This document shows positions 62,143 to 64,000 of a DNA stretch of 64,000 bases, piece by piece. The stretch comes from Nitrospirota bacterium (lineage in GTDB: Bacteria > Nitrospirota > Thermodesulfovibrionia > Thermodesulfovibrionales > Dissulfurispiraceae). The position numbers and the translations under genes were made by a program. The notes beneath the pieces were generated by a model. That model was given only the letters and a program-made list of their open reading frames with translations, did not search any database and was not told the DNA's origin. Positions within the stretch are counted from its first letter, which is position 1. Every line of letters starts with the position of its first letter. The stretch covers positions 896,001 through 960,000 of the forward strand of contig CAWBMP010000004.1 of assembly GCA_963790025.1 (NCBI GenBank), read 5' to 3'.

Positions 62143-63657
62143 ATGAAAGCACTAAAAATACTTGACCATAACGAACTCTTTCGGGACAAGGAGTACCAGG
62201 AACAGTTCGACCGCAAGAAAGAGTTTGAGGATTCCTGGCCCGCGGAAAGAGTGAAAGAGGTGGCAGAATGGACAAAGACGGAGGACTATAAGGAAAAGAA
62301 CTTTGCCCGGAAGAACATAAAGATCAATCCTGTAAAGGCTTGTCAGCCCCTCGGAGCGCTTTTATGTTCCTCCGGTTTCGCGGATACCATGCCCTTTGTT
62401 CAGGGGGCCCAGGGCTGTGTTGCCTATTTCAGAAGTCATCTGAACCGGCATTTCAAGGAGCCGCTGGCCGCCATCTCCACGTCCATGACCGAAGATGCAG
62501 CGGTCTTCGGCGGGCTTAACAACATGCTGGAAGGGCTGGAAAATGCATATTCGCTGTACAAGCCGAAGATGCTGGCCGTCTTCACCACCTGCATTGCCGA
62601 AGTTATCGGCGACGATCTGAATGCTTATGTAAAGACGGCACGGGAAAAAGGCCTCATCCCCGCTGACCTTCCCGTACCGCAGGCACATACGCCGAGCTTC
62701 GTAGGCTCACAGATAACCGGGTACGATAACGAGCTGAAGGCAATACTTTCGACTATCACAACTGGAAAAAAAAGCACACCGAACGGCAAGGTGAATATGG
62801 TTCCCGGCTTTGACACCTATACGGGGAATTACCGGGAGTTGAAAAGAGTCCTTGACATCATGGGAGTTGAACATACCATCCTGGCCGATGTGACCAACAC
62901 ATTCGATTCGCCCAATACGGGTGAGTATAAGCTTTATCCCGGTGGCACTCCGCTTGCCGATGCAGCGGATTCGATCAATGCAATGGCCACCGTCGCTCTC
63001 CAGAGGTATTCAACTTTAAAGACCCTGGAGTATATAGAAAAAGAATGGGGGCAGAAGACAGCAGTGCTGCCGCCTCTCGGCATCAAGAATACCGATGCCT
63101 TCTTTGAGGAAATAAGCAGGATAACCGGAAAACCCATTCCCCAGGAGATCGAGGATGAGCGGGGCAGACTTGTTGATGCGCTGGTAGACTCCCATCCGTA
63201 TGTCCACGGAAAGAGATTTGCATTGACCGGAGACCCGGATCTCCTGCTCGGCCTTGTAAGTTTCATTATGGAAATGGGGGGCATACCGGTGCATATAGTC
63301 TGCACCAACGGCGACAAGAAGTTCGAAGAGGAAATGAATGCAGTCTTGAGCGAGAGCACCTTCGGCTCCGAGGGTAAAGTGTATATCAACAGGGACATGT
63401 GGCATCTGAGGTCATTGTTGTTCACCAATCCGGTTGATCTGCTAATCGGGAATTCCTATGCAAAATTCCTCTGGAGGGACACCGGGACCCCATTAATACG
63501 TATTGGGTTTCCCCTGTTCGACAGGCACCACCTCCACCGGTATCCCATTATCGGATATCAGGGGGCACTCAATATGTTTACGCAGATAGTAAACACGGTA
63601 CTTGATGAGATGGACAGAAAGACAATAGACACAACAAGCTTCGACGTAATAAGGTAG
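62143..63657 (+). CDS. nifK: Nitrogenase MoFe protein beta chain
   Basis: KACQPLGA, QGCVAYFR, TTCIAEVIGDD, FDRHH; GGAGG RBS before MKALK. Confidence 0.97.
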   Translation: MKALKILDHNELFRDKEYQEQFDRKKEFEDSWPAERVKEVAEWTKTEDYKEKNFARKNIKINPVKACQPLGALLCSSGFADTMPFVQGAQGCVAYFRSHLNRHFKEPLAAISTSMTEDAAVFGGLNNMLEGLENAYSLYKPKMLAVFTTCIAEVIGDDLNAYVKTAREKGLIPADLPVPQAHTPSFVGSQITGYDNELKAILSTITTGKKSTPNGKVNMVPGFDTYTGNYRELKRVLDIMGVEHTILADVTNTFDSPNTGEYKLYPGGTPLADAADSINAMATVALQRYSTLKTLEYIEKEWGQKTAVLPPLGIKNTDAFFEEISRITGKPIPQEIEDERGRLVDALVDSHPYVHGKRFALTGDPDLLLGLVSFIMEMGGIPVHIVCTNGDKKFEEEMNAVLSESTFGSEGKVYINRDMWHLRSLLFTNPVDLLIGNSYAKFLWRDTGTPLIRIGFPLFDRHHLHRYPIIGYQGALNMFTQIVNTVLDEMDRKTIDTTSFDVIR

Positions 63658-63678
63658 TCCGTTTATAGGAGGATTACA

Positions 63679-64000
63679 ATGATAACAAACATGGACAAAT
63701 TAACAGAGATCGGCTGCGCCTCAGAAAAGAAAGACAAGGTCTGCCGCTCCCGGGGCGGTGAATCATGCGCCTTTGACGGCGCCATGATAGTGCTCCAGCC
63801 TATAGCGGATGCAGCGCATATTGTCCATGGCCCTATTGCATGTTGCGGTAACACATGGGAGGGAAGAGGCACCCTCTCCACAAATGGGGCCCTTCATAAA
63901 ATGGGGTTCACTACCGATATGAGCGAGATCGATATAGTGTACGGTTCTGAGGAAAAGCTGTACAACGCCATTGTGAAGACCTGTGAAACAGTCAGGCCGA
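63679..64000 (+). CDS. nifE: FeMo-cofactor scaffold NifE (3'-truncated by window edge)
   Basis: AGGAGG RBS; GGESCAFDGAMIVLQPIADAAHIVHGPIACCGNTW; open to the window end. Confidence 0.9.
   Translation, partial: MITNMDKLTEIGCASEKKDKVCRSRGGESCAFDGAMIVLQPIADAAHIVHGPIACCGNTWEGRGTLSTNGALHKMGFTTDMSEIDIVYGSEEKLYNAIVKTCETVRP

Overview
Bacterial chromosomal window, most consistent with an anaerobic Nitrospirota/Desulfobacterota-like organism (inferred from gene content). The backbone is housekeeping: ilvE, gatAB, an RluD-like synthase, tRNA-Arg, purH/D/L, atpBE, radC-metG-yaaT-holB-tmk, rlmB, and a sigma54-driven nifHDKE operon at the right end. The main accessory region is an integration hotspot at tRNA-Ala(GGC). 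It holds an apparently intact ~7.9 kb element (tyrosine integrase, excisionase, rolling-circle Rep) bounded by a 48-bp att duplication, a ~0.7 kb toxin-antitoxin relic island, and the remains of a third element. The intact element carries the most striking gene: 11 near-identical 41-aa TPR-like repeats that vary almost only at predicted groove-facing positions, fused to a metallo-beta-lactamase-fold hydrolase, suggesting a repeat-shuffling sensor-effector. Other highlights are a UGA-interrupted (probably selenocysteine) MsrA, a CysE-CysS fusion plus a second degenerate CysRS paralogue, a 35-bp inverted repeat upstream of nifH, an ~83-bp regulatory module duplicated in inverted orientation around a NarL-type two-component system, a frameshifted GGDEF-EAL gene, an unlisted 30-aa bS22-like ORF, and palindromic heptamer repeats that have entered coding sequences. 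All functional calls come from motif recognition by eye; no database search was run.
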